A stretch of DNA of 64,000 nucleotides from an uncultured Poribacteria bacterium (GTDB lineage Bacteria; Poribacteria; WGA-4E; WGA-3G): positions 2,720,001 to 2,784,000 of the forward strand of contig CATQHZ020000001.1 of NCBI GenBank assembly GCA_958296135.2, in the 5' to 3' direction. The stretch's first letter is position 1. Every line of letters starts with the position of its first letter. The translations under genes were made by a program, and so were the position numbers. This document shows positions 40,336 through 49,771 of the stretch, piece after piece. Under the pieces are notes generated by a model, which was not told the DNA's origin, made no database searches, and saw only the letters and a list, made by a program, of their open reading frames with translations.

Positions 40336-41169
40336 CTACGAAGCCTTGGCATAATTGACAGCGTTTTTGAAAATCGCTACGCCATCGCCTTCTTCCGGGA
40401 GCGGTTCGCGTGTCCACCGAGGATGGTGCCATTTCGTGAGATACCGCTCAGGATGCGGCATCATCCCGAAGATACGCCCCGTCGCATCGCAGATACCCGC
40501 GATATTCGCATCGGAACCGTTAGGGTTGTCGGGGTATGCTACCCCGTCATAAGGACAAGTTTCTCTCTTCGCCCGCGACGTTGACGAGGTGTAGCGGAAG
40601 ACGATTTGACGATGCGTTTCCAATTGTTCTAACACCGCCGCCGGCGCAGTGAACCGGCCCTCGGCATGCGCGACAGGAAGATAGAGGTGTTGTTTGAGCC
40701 CTTTTGTAAAGACGCACGGGTTTCCCTGTTGTGTCTCCAGCGTTACCCAACGGCACTCGAATGTGGCGGAGGTATTCATCGCTAAGGTGGCTTGTTGTGG
40801 GGAGAAACCGCGGTGAAACCCGTTGACTTTCGGCAGCAACCCTGCCCGGACCAGCACTTGAAACCCGTTGCATATCCCGATGATGAGTTTGCCATCGCTA
40901 ATGAATTGGGTGAGAGCATCCGTCAGTTTGTGCTTCATCTCTGTCGCAAGGAGAATGCCGGCAGAAATATCGTCGCCGTAGGAGAAGCCGCCGGGAATCG
41001 CCAAGATTTGATAATCTTGTAGGCAGGTCCTCTGGTCCCGATTTCTTGATACAAGGTTTTGGATATGGACTAACGCTGTTTCGGCACCGGCGAGTTGGAA
41101 GGCGGCATCTGTCTCGGCATCGCAGTTCGTCCCTGCCGTGCGTAAGATAAGGACTTTCGGTTTCTTCAT
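40336..41169 (-). CDS. purQ: FGAM synthase glutaminase subunit
   Basis: PGGFSYGD, GICNGFQ, PVAHAEG, NPNGS, MMPHPER. Confidence 0.95.
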   Translation of the reverse strand: MKKPKVLILRTAGTNCDAETDAAFQLAGAETALVHIQNLVSRNRDQRTCLQDYQILAIPGGFSYGDDISAGILLATEMKHKLTDALTQFISDGKLIIGICNGFQVLVRAGLLPKVNGFHRGFSPQQATLAMNTSATFECRWVTLETQQGNPCVFTKGLKQHLYLPVAHAEGRFTAPAAVLEQLETHRQIVFRYTSSTSRAKRETCPYDGVAYPDNPNGSDANIAGICDATGRIFGMMPHPERYLTKWHHPRWTREPLPEEGDGVAIFKNAVNYAKAS

Positions 41170-41326
41170 CTTGGCTCCCTTTGATGTCTAAGAATTAAAT
41201 CGGCTCGCCTGCCCGTAGGGCGAGGGCCGTCACGGTCACGCCTACAGCAAACGTGCGCGTGTCGCCCCGCGTAAACACGGCCCCGCCCTACGTTCTAAGG
41301 AGGTTATCGCACGCGAGAAATGGGGC

Positions 41327-43747
41327 CTAGCGCAGCGTCCCCTGCCACGCGGATTTTAGGACGCTGATCGAGGTTTCAATAATTAGGTCGCCTTCCGTGC
41401 CAGTGACACTAAATTCCCCGCCTTCTGTGACGGCACCTAGGTACCCTATCGGCACGTCTGCCATGTGGGTTTCAAAAGCCTCTTGATGGCCAGGTTCAAT
41501 TTCGACGAGAAAGCGGCTCTGTGATTCTGAAAAGAGGCGCATCTCATCGGAGGCACTGTTGGAAACCGCGTCTACCGGCACCGGCGCGAGATGCAAGTGC
41601 ATGCCGTATCCACCCGCGAATGCCATCTCCGCTGCCGCAACACCGATACCGCCTTCCGAACAATCATGGCAGGAACGCACTAACCCTTTACCGATAGCCG
41701 TGCTGAGCGTTTCCATTGTCAACTTCCCTTCGGTTGGACGGACAGTCGGCACATCCTGCGGGGGCAGACCGCGGGGGGCATCGCTAGCGAGCATGCTATA
41801 ATGCGAACCGCCGAGTTCCGGATACGTGTTGCCGATGACATAAATGGCATTGCCGGGTGCTTTCACATCCATCGTGACAGCACCGGTGATATCCTCCATG
41901 ACACAGATAGCGGAGATCAGCACGGTTGCGGGGATAGCGCGCTGCTCGCCCGTGGTCGTATCGCGGTATTCGTTATAGAGACTATCCTTGCCGGAGATAA
42001 AAGGCGTGCCATAGGCGGTGGCGATGTCATAACACGCTTTAGCGGCGCGCACTAATTCGCCGAGCCGCTCAGGTTTGTCCGGATTGCCCCAACAGAAATT
42101 GTCTAATAACGCCGTGCGTGCCAGTGTGCCACCGACAGCGATGACGTTGCGGAGTGCTTCGTCAATGGCGGCCGCGGCACTGTGATAAGGGTCGATGGCG
42201 CTATATTTCGGGTTGATGCCATTGGCAACGATAACGCCTTTCCTGCTGCCGAAGACAGGGGTAGCGATACAGGCATCGCTAGGGCCATCGTTTTCTGCGC
42301 CGACAAGCGGTTTGATGACGAGACCGCCCTGCACCTCGTGGTCATATTGCCGGATGACAGCTTCTTTGCTGGCGATGTTTGGATGCGCGAGGAGGCGACA
42401 AAGCGTTTCGAGGAAGTCCTGTGGCACCGGTAGTTTATCGTGCTGCTGAGGCGCGCGCCCTTTTGGCGGTTTCCACACCGCCGTTTTGACCGGCTGCGGC
42501 AGTCCCTCGTGTAGAAAGGCCATGTCCATATCGGCGACAAGCGCGCCTTCATAGAAGACCTGGAGTTTCTGCGTATCCGTGAACGTGCCGAGGGCTGTCG
42601 CCTCCACGCCTTCCGCTTCGCATACGTCTATCAAGTCGGCAAGATTGTTGGGTGGGACGGCGACTACCATCCGTTCCTGTGCTTCAGAGAGCCAGATTTC
42701 CCACGGCGCGAGTCCGTCGTATTTGAGCGAGACTCGTTCTAAATGGACTTCGGCACCGGTGTGTTGTCCCATTTCGCCGATGGCAGAGGAGAAGCCGCCC
42801 GCGCCGCAATCGGTGATGGAACGATAGAGCTGTTTGTCGCGCGCTTGGAGCAGGGCATCGACAACCTGTTTCTCCATAATCGGGTTACCGATTTGGACGA
42901 CACTGCCGAGGCTTTCCGAAGTCTCATTTAATTCGGCGGAAGAGAAGGTCGCGCCGTGGAGGCCATCGCGCCCGGTTCGCCCACCGATGGAGACGATAAG
43001 GTCACCGGGTTCAACCGATTTCTCGCACCTATCTTTCGGAATTAAGCCGACGTTGCCACAGAAAACGAGGGGATTCGCGGTGTAGCCTTCGTCAAATAAG
43101 ATGGCACCGTTCGCCGTGGGAATGCCCATCCGGTTCCCGTAATCGCGCACGCCGGCGACAACCCCTTTAAAGACACGTTTCGGATGGAGTGTGCCTTTCG
43201 GCAATGCGGCATCAGGCGTATCTAGCCGCCCGAAGCAGAAGACATCCGTGTTGAGAATCGGCTTTGCGCCGAGCCCTGTGCCGAGTGAATCCCGAATCAC
43301 ACCGCCGAGGCCGGTGGCCGCGCCGCCATACGGTTCAATTGCGGAGGGATGGTTATGCGTCTCTACCTTAAACACAAGGTTATAGGTATCATCAAACTCG
43401 ATGATGCCCGCGTTGTCCGAAAAGACAGAGACGCACCATGGCGCGGCGATGTCTCGCGTTGCGCCCTGGATGAACGTCGGGAACAACCCGTCAATCCGTT
43501 CTGGTTTTTTGCCGGGTGCTGTATAATGAATGAGACTTTTAAAGGTTTTGTGAACGCAATGTTCCGACCAGGTTTGGGCTAGCGTTTCTAGCTCCACATC
43601 GGTTGGGTCGCGTTCCAACGCGCGAAAGTGGGACCGGATCGCCCGCATTTCGGTGAGGTTCAGGGACAGCGTGCCTTCGCGGCTGATGCGCATCAGTTCG
43701 GCATCGTTGGCTGTGAGGATTTCAATTTTTTGCACGTTGCTGGACAT
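41327..43747 (-). CDS. purL: FGAM synthase synthetase subunit
   Basis: WSEHCVHK, KVETHNHPSAIEPYGGA, DCGAGG, SEAQERM, QYDHEV, HDCSEGG. Confidence 0.96.
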   Translation of the reverse strand: MSSNVQKIEILTANDAELMRISREGTLSLNLTEMRAIRSHFRALERDPTDVELETLAQTWSEHCVHKTFKSLIHYTAPGKKPERIDGLFPTFIQGATRDIAAPWCVSVFSDNAGIIEFDDTYNLVFKVETHNHPSAIEPYGGAATGLGGVIRDSLGTGLGAKPILNTDVFCFGRLDTPDAALPKGTLHPKRVFKGVVAGVRDYGNRMGIPTANGAILFDEGYTANPLVFCGNVGLIPKDRCEKSVEPGDLIVSIGGRTGRDGLHGATFSSAELNETSESLGSVVQIGNPIMEKQVVDALLQARDKQLYRSITDCGAGGFSSAIGEMGQHTGAEVHLERVSLKYDGLAPWEIWLSEAQERMVVAVPPNNLADLIDVCEAEGVEATALGTFTDTQKLQVFYEGALVADMDMAFLHEGLPQPVKTAVWKPPKGRAPQQHDKLPVPQDFLETLCRLLAHPNIASKEAVIRQYDHEVQGGLVIKPLVGAENDGPSDACIATPVFGSRKGVIVANGINPKYSAIDPYHSAAAAIDEALRNVIAVGGTLARTALLDNFCWGNPDKPERLGELVRAAKACYDIATAYGTPFISGKDSLYNEYRDTTTGEQRAIPATVLISAICVMEDITGAVTMDVKAPGNAIYVIGNTYPELGGSHYSMLASDAPRGLPPQDVPTVRPTEGKLTMETLSTAIGKGLVRSCHDCSEGGIGVAAAEMAFAGGYGMHLHLAPVPVDAVSNSASDEMRLFSESQSRFLVEIEPGHQEAFETHMADVPIGYLGAVTEGGEFSVTGTEGDLIIETSISVLKSAWQGTLR

Positions 43748-43899
43748 TGGCTTCTCCGCTTTTTGTAGAAATTATCTCATACAAGTATAGCATATCCTGC
43801 CAGAGAATACAAGCAGAAAACCACCGTGGCACCGCGATTCAGCTCAAGCTCAGGCGAATCTTCACCTACAGAGACAAGGCAAATCAACGTCATTTGGGA

Positions 43900-44217
43900 T
43901 TAGTAATCATCATTATCCGGATCGTTCTTCTTTGCAAGACGTTCCAGATACCAGTCCCCACCGATGCACAAACCGTAAAAAACGAGGACGAATAAGAGGA
44001 AAAATACCTCAATCCAACCTAACTCCCCTATCACTGCTCCAAAAAACAAGTGGCTAAACAGGATCAGTTTGAACCAGCGCGCAAAGAACCGGAACAGGTA
44101 ACCCTGCCTGATTTTTTCTCCCCGGCCGATGTATAAGTTTATTCCGAGATAACAGATGCAGAGCGTAAGGAGACAGGCATAACCTCTATAAACATAGAAA
44201 AGGATTTCAGATAACAT
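43900..44217 (-). CDS. Small membrane protein (paralog of 44718-45050)
   Basis: Three hydrophobic segments and an acidic tail. Confidence 0.6.
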   Translation of the reverse strand: MLSEILFYVYRGYACLLTLCICYLGINLYIGRGEKIRQGYLFRFFARWFKLILFSHLFFGAVIGELGWIEVFFLLFVLVFYGLCIGGDWYLERLAKKNDPDNDDY

Positions 44218-44252
44218 TGTGCCCCTTAAAATGGACGCGGTAGGCGCGCTTT

Positions 44253-44672
44253 CTAAGCGCGCCCTTCCCCTAAATTTTTCTCCAACGTCCCCGGCGGTAA
44301 ACCGAAGTCGGCTAAGCCCTCCCGAATCATCGCCAGATAGCCGGGCAAGGGGGTAACCAGCGGGAGCGGCTCAGTCATCTGATAAACCATCATCCCATCA
44401 ATCTCCAGCTTCTTGTAGAGATGGGGGTAGCCTTCAATTGCGTCTAGCTGCGTCTCAGCGGCGGCATCAATCTGCCAGCATCCGCCCCAGACGCAGTCTT
44501 CCGGTTCAGATTCAACGATGTCGGCATACTGCCGAAAGACGAGGCGATACCCCTGAATCTTCCGAGGGCCGATAGGGACCGCGGTTGGACAAGCTGTTTC
44601 CATGTGGGCATAGTTGAGATTCATGCCGTATGCGAAATAGAGTTTTGTTTTCATCATGTTGAAACCTGACAA
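44253..44672 (-). CDS. Gamma-glutamylcyclotransferase-like protein
   Basis: YFAYGMNL, LDAIEGYP..Y. Confidence 0.85.
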   Translation of the reverse strand: MSGFNMMKTKLYFAYGMNLNYAHMETACPTAVPIGPRKIQGYRLVFRQYADIVESEPEDCVWGGCWQIDAAAETQLDAIEGYPHLYKKLEIDGMMVYQMTEPLPLVTPLPGYLAMIREGLADFGLPPGTLEKNLGEGRA

Positions 44673-44717
44673 CGGGCGGATTCAGTTCAGAAATTATGGG
44701 CATTCCAGAGCTCCCTG

Positions 44718-45050
44718 TTAACCGGGAGGTGCGTCGTCATCGTCATCCTCTGAAGCAGAGTCTACTACCCACCGAAAAACGATGAGCATTGCCCAAAGGA
44801 CGAGGGTGGCAATGAGCATATAAACGTGGCCCCATGCCACAGGACCAATTGCTACGCCAACGGCCAAATAGCCGATGATGCAAGGCTTCCAATTGCGAAC
44901 GACGAATCGTGTTTTCGGGCTGCGCGCGAGATATGCCTTTCCATTGCCTCTCAGCAAATGAAATACCAGCCAAAAGGCACCGAGTATGCCTACAAAACTA
45001 ATGCAGGCATAAAAGTGCAAAAGTATCCTCAAAAGCACATCAATAACCAT
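44718..45050 (-). CDS. Small membrane protein (paralog of 43900-44217)
   Basis: Shared YAC, RF..R..K and G..IG...W pattern; acidic tail. Confidence 0.6.
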   Translation of the reverse strand: MVIDVLLRILLHFYACISFVGILGAFWLVFHLLRGNGKAYLARSPKTRFVVRNWKPCIIGYLAVGVAIGPVAWGHVYMLIATLVLWAMLIVFRWVVDSASEDDDDDAPPG

Positions 45051-45136
45051 TTTTTTTGCGGATCCTTCAGTCCTGTTATTTTAAGTATAACATATTCTTC
45101 GCGGAGATGCAAGCATTTTTCAAAGTCGCTGCCGTT

Positions 45137-45233
45137 TGTAGGGCAAGATCTCCAGATCTTGCCCAATGCGATGGGGTTGGATCGCTCAAAACAAGTTCCC
45201 ATGTAGGCAGGGATTGCTCAAGCCCTACCTACA
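45137..45233. repeat. Two further GTAG palindromes
   Basis: GTAGGGCAAGATCTCCAGATCTTGCCC and TGTAGGCAGGG...CCCTACCTACA. Confidence 0.65.
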
Positions 45234-45249
45234 AAGGATAGGCGGCATG

Positions 45250-46071
45250 CTACTTCTTAAACGAAGCTGTCACCCGCGGGATGCTCTCTTCACACGCGAA
45301 CCGCTCAATGCTAGAAGCACCGACGAAACCCACCGTATCTGTCTTCTCATTGATAAACGCCGCCTCCGGTGCCTTTGAGATGGGCCCGCCGTGCGCCATG
45401 CATAAAACATCGGGATTCTGGGCTTTCGCCGCGTCACAGATTTCTTGCACGCGCACCGCCGCATCCTCCAATGCGAAGGCGGTCTCCGCGCCGATAGTGC
45501 CGCCCACCGTCGTGCCCATGTGCGCGATAATAACATCCGCGCCGGCTGCCGCCATGTTCTCCGCCTCTGTCGGGTTAAATACATAGACGATAGTGAACAG
45601 GTCCATCTCGTGCGCAGTCCCGATCGTCTCGACCTCTTTGTAGAAGCCCATGCCGGTTTCTTCAAGCGTTTGCCGGAACGTGCCATCAATCACGCCGACA
45701 GTCGGAAAATTGTTGACTCCATCAAAACCGATATCGCGCACCTGCTTAAGAAAATTGCTCATCCGCCGCGTCGGATCCGTGCCGTTGACCCCGGCGATGA
45801 CAGGCGTCTCTTTGACGACAGGAAGCACCTCGCGCTCACCCATCTCCATGACGATAGCATTCGCATCGCCGTAAGCCAACAGCCCAGCACACGAACCGAA
45901 TCCGGACATTCGATACCGTCCGGAGTTGTAAATCACGATGAGGTCTGCGCCGCCCTGTTCGGCAAACTTGGCGGTAATCCCTGTCCCTGCGCCGACGGCG
46001 AGAATCGGTTTTCCTCTCGCTAATTCTCGACGAAGACGGGACAAAACCTGGGGTCTGGTATAATCTGGCAT
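45250..46071 (-). CDS. Phosphoenolpyruvate hydrolase-like TIM-barrel protein
   Basis: GAGTGITAK, IYNSGRYR, YGDAN, NFPTVG, HGGP, GASSIER. Confidence 0.85.
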   Translation of the reverse strand: MPDYTRPQVLSRLRRELARGKPILAVGAGTGITAKFAEQGGADLIVIYNSGRYRMSGFGSCAGLLAYGDANAIVMEMGEREVLPVVKETPVIAGVNGTDPTRRMSNFLKQVRDIGFDGVNNFPTVGVIDGTFRQTLEETGMGFYKEVETIGTAHEMDLFTIVYVFNPTEAENMAAAGADVIIAHMGTTVGGTIGAETAFALEDAAVRVQEICDAAKAQNPDVLCMAHGGPISKAPEAAFINEKTDTVGFVGASSIERFACEESIPRVTASFKK

Positions 46072-46149
46072 GATGTCTCTCCATAGTCTTCACCGGTAGG
46101 CACACTTACAACGCGCGCCTCCGGGTTCGTTCTGCGTCAGTCCTGAAAA

Positions 46150-47574
46150 TTATTCGTCGCGGGATTTGGCTTGCAACTTTGCCGCCTCGCCCGGGTTGCC
46201 GATGTGCATCGTATTGTATGCCTGCTCGGAACTCTTGAACGGGCCGACACCTTTATGGCCGTGCCAATCGCCCTGCGTCATAATCGGGTTGGTTAAACCG
46301 GTCTCCCGTTCGCGCCGGAGGATCCAATTTTTCATCCGCGTCTCTAGCACGTTGACGATGTCCGGATGCGACTCAACGAGGTTGTTGTTCTCGTCCGGGT
46401 CTTGGATTAAGTTATAGAGCTCCACGGGCGGCTTGAAATGAAAGTCCGGTTCCAGTGCCACGATGAGTTTCCATTCAGGTGTGCGCCAGCCGTGCTTCCG
46501 CATCCACGTGCATTCCGTGATGTAAAATTCGCTATCAAACGAGGCAACTTCCCCATTTACCATTGACATGAGGCTTTGTCCATCAAACGCGATGTCAGTT
46601 TCAACACCTGCCAATTCAAGGAGTGTCGGCACCAGGTCTTTGTGTTGGTTATAGCCGGAAACTCGTTTGCCAGCAGGCACGCGCCCTGGATAGCGGATAA
46701 TCAGTGGGACGTGCAGGGTGACATCGTAGAGGCCGTGATGGTCAAACCAACACTCGTGGTCATAGAGGGTTTCACCGTGGTCGCCGTTGATAACGATAAT
46801 AGTCTCGTCCATGACACCGTGCGTCTCCAGCGCGTTGAAAAGCGTCTGAATGCAGGCATCCATATAGGCGATCGCACCATCATACTGCGCGACGACGTAG
46901 TCCTTATCCGTAATCCCGGCCGGCATCCACGAAGCGAAGTAATCACAGAACGGCTTGAAGGACATCACCGGCTCCATAGACTTATTGCTCGGGTCGCACT
47001 CGTCTCCGTGGTAGAACATCCGTTCATAAGGCGCGGGCGGCAAATAGGGAGAGTGCGGATCCATGTGCCGCAGGAACAGGAAAAACGGTTCCCCGTTTTC
47101 GGGCCCCGAGGTCCCGCCTACACGGCTTTCGGCAACCAGCCGATTCAGTTCCGGAACGGCGATGTTGTTGAGACTCTGCGCTTTCGGGCTGCGCCCGGTC
47201 TCATCGCCGCCCCAACCCGAGTAATTGAGATAGGTATCAAAGCCACGCGAACTCGGTCCGCCGAAGCCGATGCAGCTGGTATTGTAACCCACCTTTTTCA
47301 GAATCTCCGCTAACGTTTTGACTTCTTCACGAAGCGGACCTTGGTGCCGCAGCGCGACAACCTGCGTGCTGAACGTATCCAACCCTGTCAGCATCGAGGC
47401 ATAAGCACTTGTCGTCGGGATGTGGGGGCTGTAGGTTCGTTCAAAAAGCGTTCCGCCTTGCGCGAACCTATCGATGTGCGGTGTCGTCAGGCGGTGATAC
47501 CCGTAGCAGCTCATGTGCGTGGCGAGGAGCGAGTCAACGCCCATCAGTACGATATTCGGATATTTTGTTCCCAT
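46150..47574 (-). CDS. Sulfatase/alkaline phosphatase superfamily protein
   Basis: PNIVLMGVDSL, TPHID, DPHSPY, GDHGE, VPLII, ELYNL..DP.E. Confidence 0.85.
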   Translation of the reverse strand: MGTKYPNIVLMGVDSLLATHMSCYGYHRLTTPHIDRFAQGGTLFERTYSPHIPTTSAYASMLTGLDTFSTQVVALRHQGPLREEVKTLAEILKKVGYNTSCIGFGGPSSRGFDTYLNYSGWGGDETGRSPKAQSLNNIAVPELNRLVAESRVGGTSGPENGEPFFLFLRHMDPHSPYLPPAPYERMFYHGDECDPSNKSMEPVMSFKPFCDYFASWMPAGITDKDYVVAQYDGAIAYMDACIQTLFNALETHGVMDETIIVINGDHGETLYDHECWFDHHGLYDVTLHVPLIIRYPGRVPAGKRVSGYNQHKDLVPTLLELAGVETDIAFDGQSLMSMVNGEVASFDSEFYITECTWMRKHGWRTPEWKLIVALEPDFHFKPPVELYNLIQDPDENNNLVESHPDIVNVLETRMKNWILRRERETGLTNPIMTQGDWHGHKGVGPFKSSEQAYNTMHIGNPGEAAKLQAKSRDE

Positions 47575-47653
47575 ACGTGAATTCTCCTATTTTTGTAGAT
47601 GGCGAGATTGCCCTACAGACGCTTCTGTAATCGCGATTCTCCGGTGCTCTCTT

Positions 47654-48460
47654 CTACCAATCGCTATGCCAGACAAGCGGATTCTGCGTGTCGTTGTCAA
47701 GCACGTCACCGATTTTGAGTGAGTTAAAATAGGCCTCGGGGAGGATGTTCTTCTTACCGTTGAAAGTGCATCCGTCGGGCATGAAGCCGCAGGTCATCGC
47801 CCTGCGGTGCGAGAGTGTCATGTTCGCGCCTGCGCCGTGCGCCGTTAACCCGTTATGCCAGACGATCGATCCGGCCGGGCACGGTGCCGCCTGTGGTTCA
47901 ATCTGTTTCCATTCCGGATAGACCGTGAACAGTTCGCCGATATTGACACCGATGCCGACGTTATCAAAGCGCGCCGTTTTGTGCGTTCCGGGCAAATACC
48001 ACATGCAGCCGTTCGCCAGCGTGGCATCGTCTAACGCCATCCAAAACGAAAGCGTGTCCCGCGAGTCGAAGGACCAGTAGGGCACATCAAGGTGCCACGC
48101 GGTAGGGTTGCCGTGCGGCGGCTTGATCAACGCCTGGTCGTGCCAGATGCGCATGCCATCAACGCCCGCAAGTTGCGTAGCCATGCGGCCAAGGCCCGGG
48201 TCGTAGACAAGTTTACGCATACCGGCGTGCGTGTCTGTCAAGCGGAGGCACTGCGTAAAGACGCGCGCGTAAAACTGCTTGGCATCCATCTGGTTCGTCA
48301 TAAATTCGACAGAATTGCCGAGTCGTTCGGCGACAGCTTCATCAGTGCATCGCCGCCATTCGGCGAGTTCGCCTGCATCGAGAAAGTTCTCAATGACGAG
48401 AAACCCGTTTTCCCGATAAGACGCAATTTGTTCAGAGGTGAGTTCGTGTTGCATCTGCAT
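47654..48460 (-). CDS. Phytanoyl-CoA dioxygenase (PhyH) family protein
   Basis: ENGFL, WHLD, NGCM..LPGTH, HGAGAN. Confidence 0.9.
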   Translation of the reverse strand: MQMQHELTSEQIASYRENGFLVIENFLDAGELAEWRRCTDEAVAERLGNSVEFMTNQMDAKQFYARVFTQCLRLTDTHAGMRKLVYDPGLGRMATQLAGVDGMRIWHDQALIKPPHGNPTAWHLDVPYWSFDSRDTLSFWMALDDATLANGCMWYLPGTHKTARFDNVGIGVNIGELFTVYPEWKQIEPQAAPCPAGSIVWHNGLTAHGAGANMTLSHRRAMTCGFMPDGCTFNGKKNILPEAYFNSLKIGDVLDNDTQNPLVWHSDW

Positions 48461-48723
48461 TTTCTCCGTGAGAGTAAAGTTTATTGAATTATCGTATCAT
48501 ATTGGCGGTAAATATGCAAATGAAAAGTGCTGCAACCAGAAAAATTCAGTTCTCGGTTGAACCGTGACACCTGTAAGGACGGATTTCTATATCCGCCCGT
48601 TCGCCGCGTCTGCAAAAATCCTTGACAAAATTCACTCGGATAAGATATCCTATCTATATGAACTCCACCCTCAACCCAGAGGTAGGGATTTCATCACTGA
48701 ACTATTTTTAAAAAGGATACGAA

Positions 48724-49602
48724 ATGGCAACTTTTGACAGTGCCTCAAAAAGACTGGTACAAAAGAACCCACGCGACTTCGTGGCATTTGCCTTCAGCCG
48801 GCGGAACATCGGTGCCGATGAGTTCAGCGACATCAAACTCATCACGCCGGAACTCCCCACGGTGGACATGCACCAAGCGGATGTCCTTATCAAGGTAAAC
48901 CTCCGCGGCAAAGATGTCTTGGTGCATTTTGAGATTCAAACCACGGACAGTTTCGCTCTGCCGATGCCCCTACGGATGGCCGGCTATATTATCCGGCTCG
49001 TCGAAACCTATCGCATGGACGTTTACTCGCATGTGATTTATCTGCGTCCGAACGCAGGACGGAATGACCCGGGGTGTTTTGTGCAGGACATTGTGGGCCA
49101 ACAGATTTTGGTGGAATACCAAGTTATCCGTCTGGCAGCCTTGGATGGCCAGGCAGTTCTCGATGCGAAACATCCCGGCTTGCTCCCGTTCACACCGTTG
49201 ATGCAACCGCCGGCGGATGTAAATGAGGCGGAATGGCTGCGTCGGTGCATTCAAACCGTTGACAGCTTGGAGATGCCGAACAAGTTGGACACGCTGGGTA
49301 TCTTAGCAGTGTTAGGCAGCGCGATTTATGACAACGAGACGATTTTAGATACGATTCGGAGGGTAACGATGAACGAAGCACCGATTGTCCAATACTTGGG
49401 GGCACAAGCCGCCAACGAGCGAGCGCGTGAACACATCCTGAAATTGCTGGCAGCCCGCTTGCAGCCGGCGGCGGCGCGCACCTTTAAGCCCGCGTTGGAG
49501 GCAATTGAAGACTCGCAACGGCTTGAGGCGTTGTTTGACACCGCGATACGGATTGATTCTGTTGAAGAGTTCCATCAGGCCCTGGACGCAAGCGGAAACT
49601 AA
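48724..49602 (+). CDS. Rpn-like PD-(D/E)XK nuclease
   Basis: FD...K, ADVL...HFEIQT, MPLRM..Y, VIYL, LLPFTPL. Confidence 0.75.
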   Translation: MATFDSASKRLVQKNPRDFVAFAFSRRNIGADEFSDIKLITPELPTVDMHQADVLIKVNLRGKDVLVHFEIQTTDSFALPMPLRMAGYIIRLVETYRMDVYSHVIYLRPNAGRNDPGCFVQDIVGQQILVEYQVIRLAALDGQAVLDAKHPGLLPFTPLMQPPADVNEAEWLRRCIQTVDSLEMPNKLDTLGILAVLGSAIYDNETILDTIRRVTMNEAPIVQYLGAQAANERAREHILKLLAARLQPAAARTFKPALEAIEDSQRLEALFDTAIRIDSVEEFHQALDASGN

Positions 49603-49771
49603 CGTCGAATCGCCGTGGTGAAACACTCTGCGCGTTCAATACGTGGGCGCGCAGGGTGCCCCCGCCACAGCGCGCGTGAACACATCCTGAAGTTGCTTGC
49701 AGCCGGAAGCAGCGCGCTACTAAGTCCACATTGAACACGATACTCGGTTTGAAGCAGATTGGAGTTTTAAC

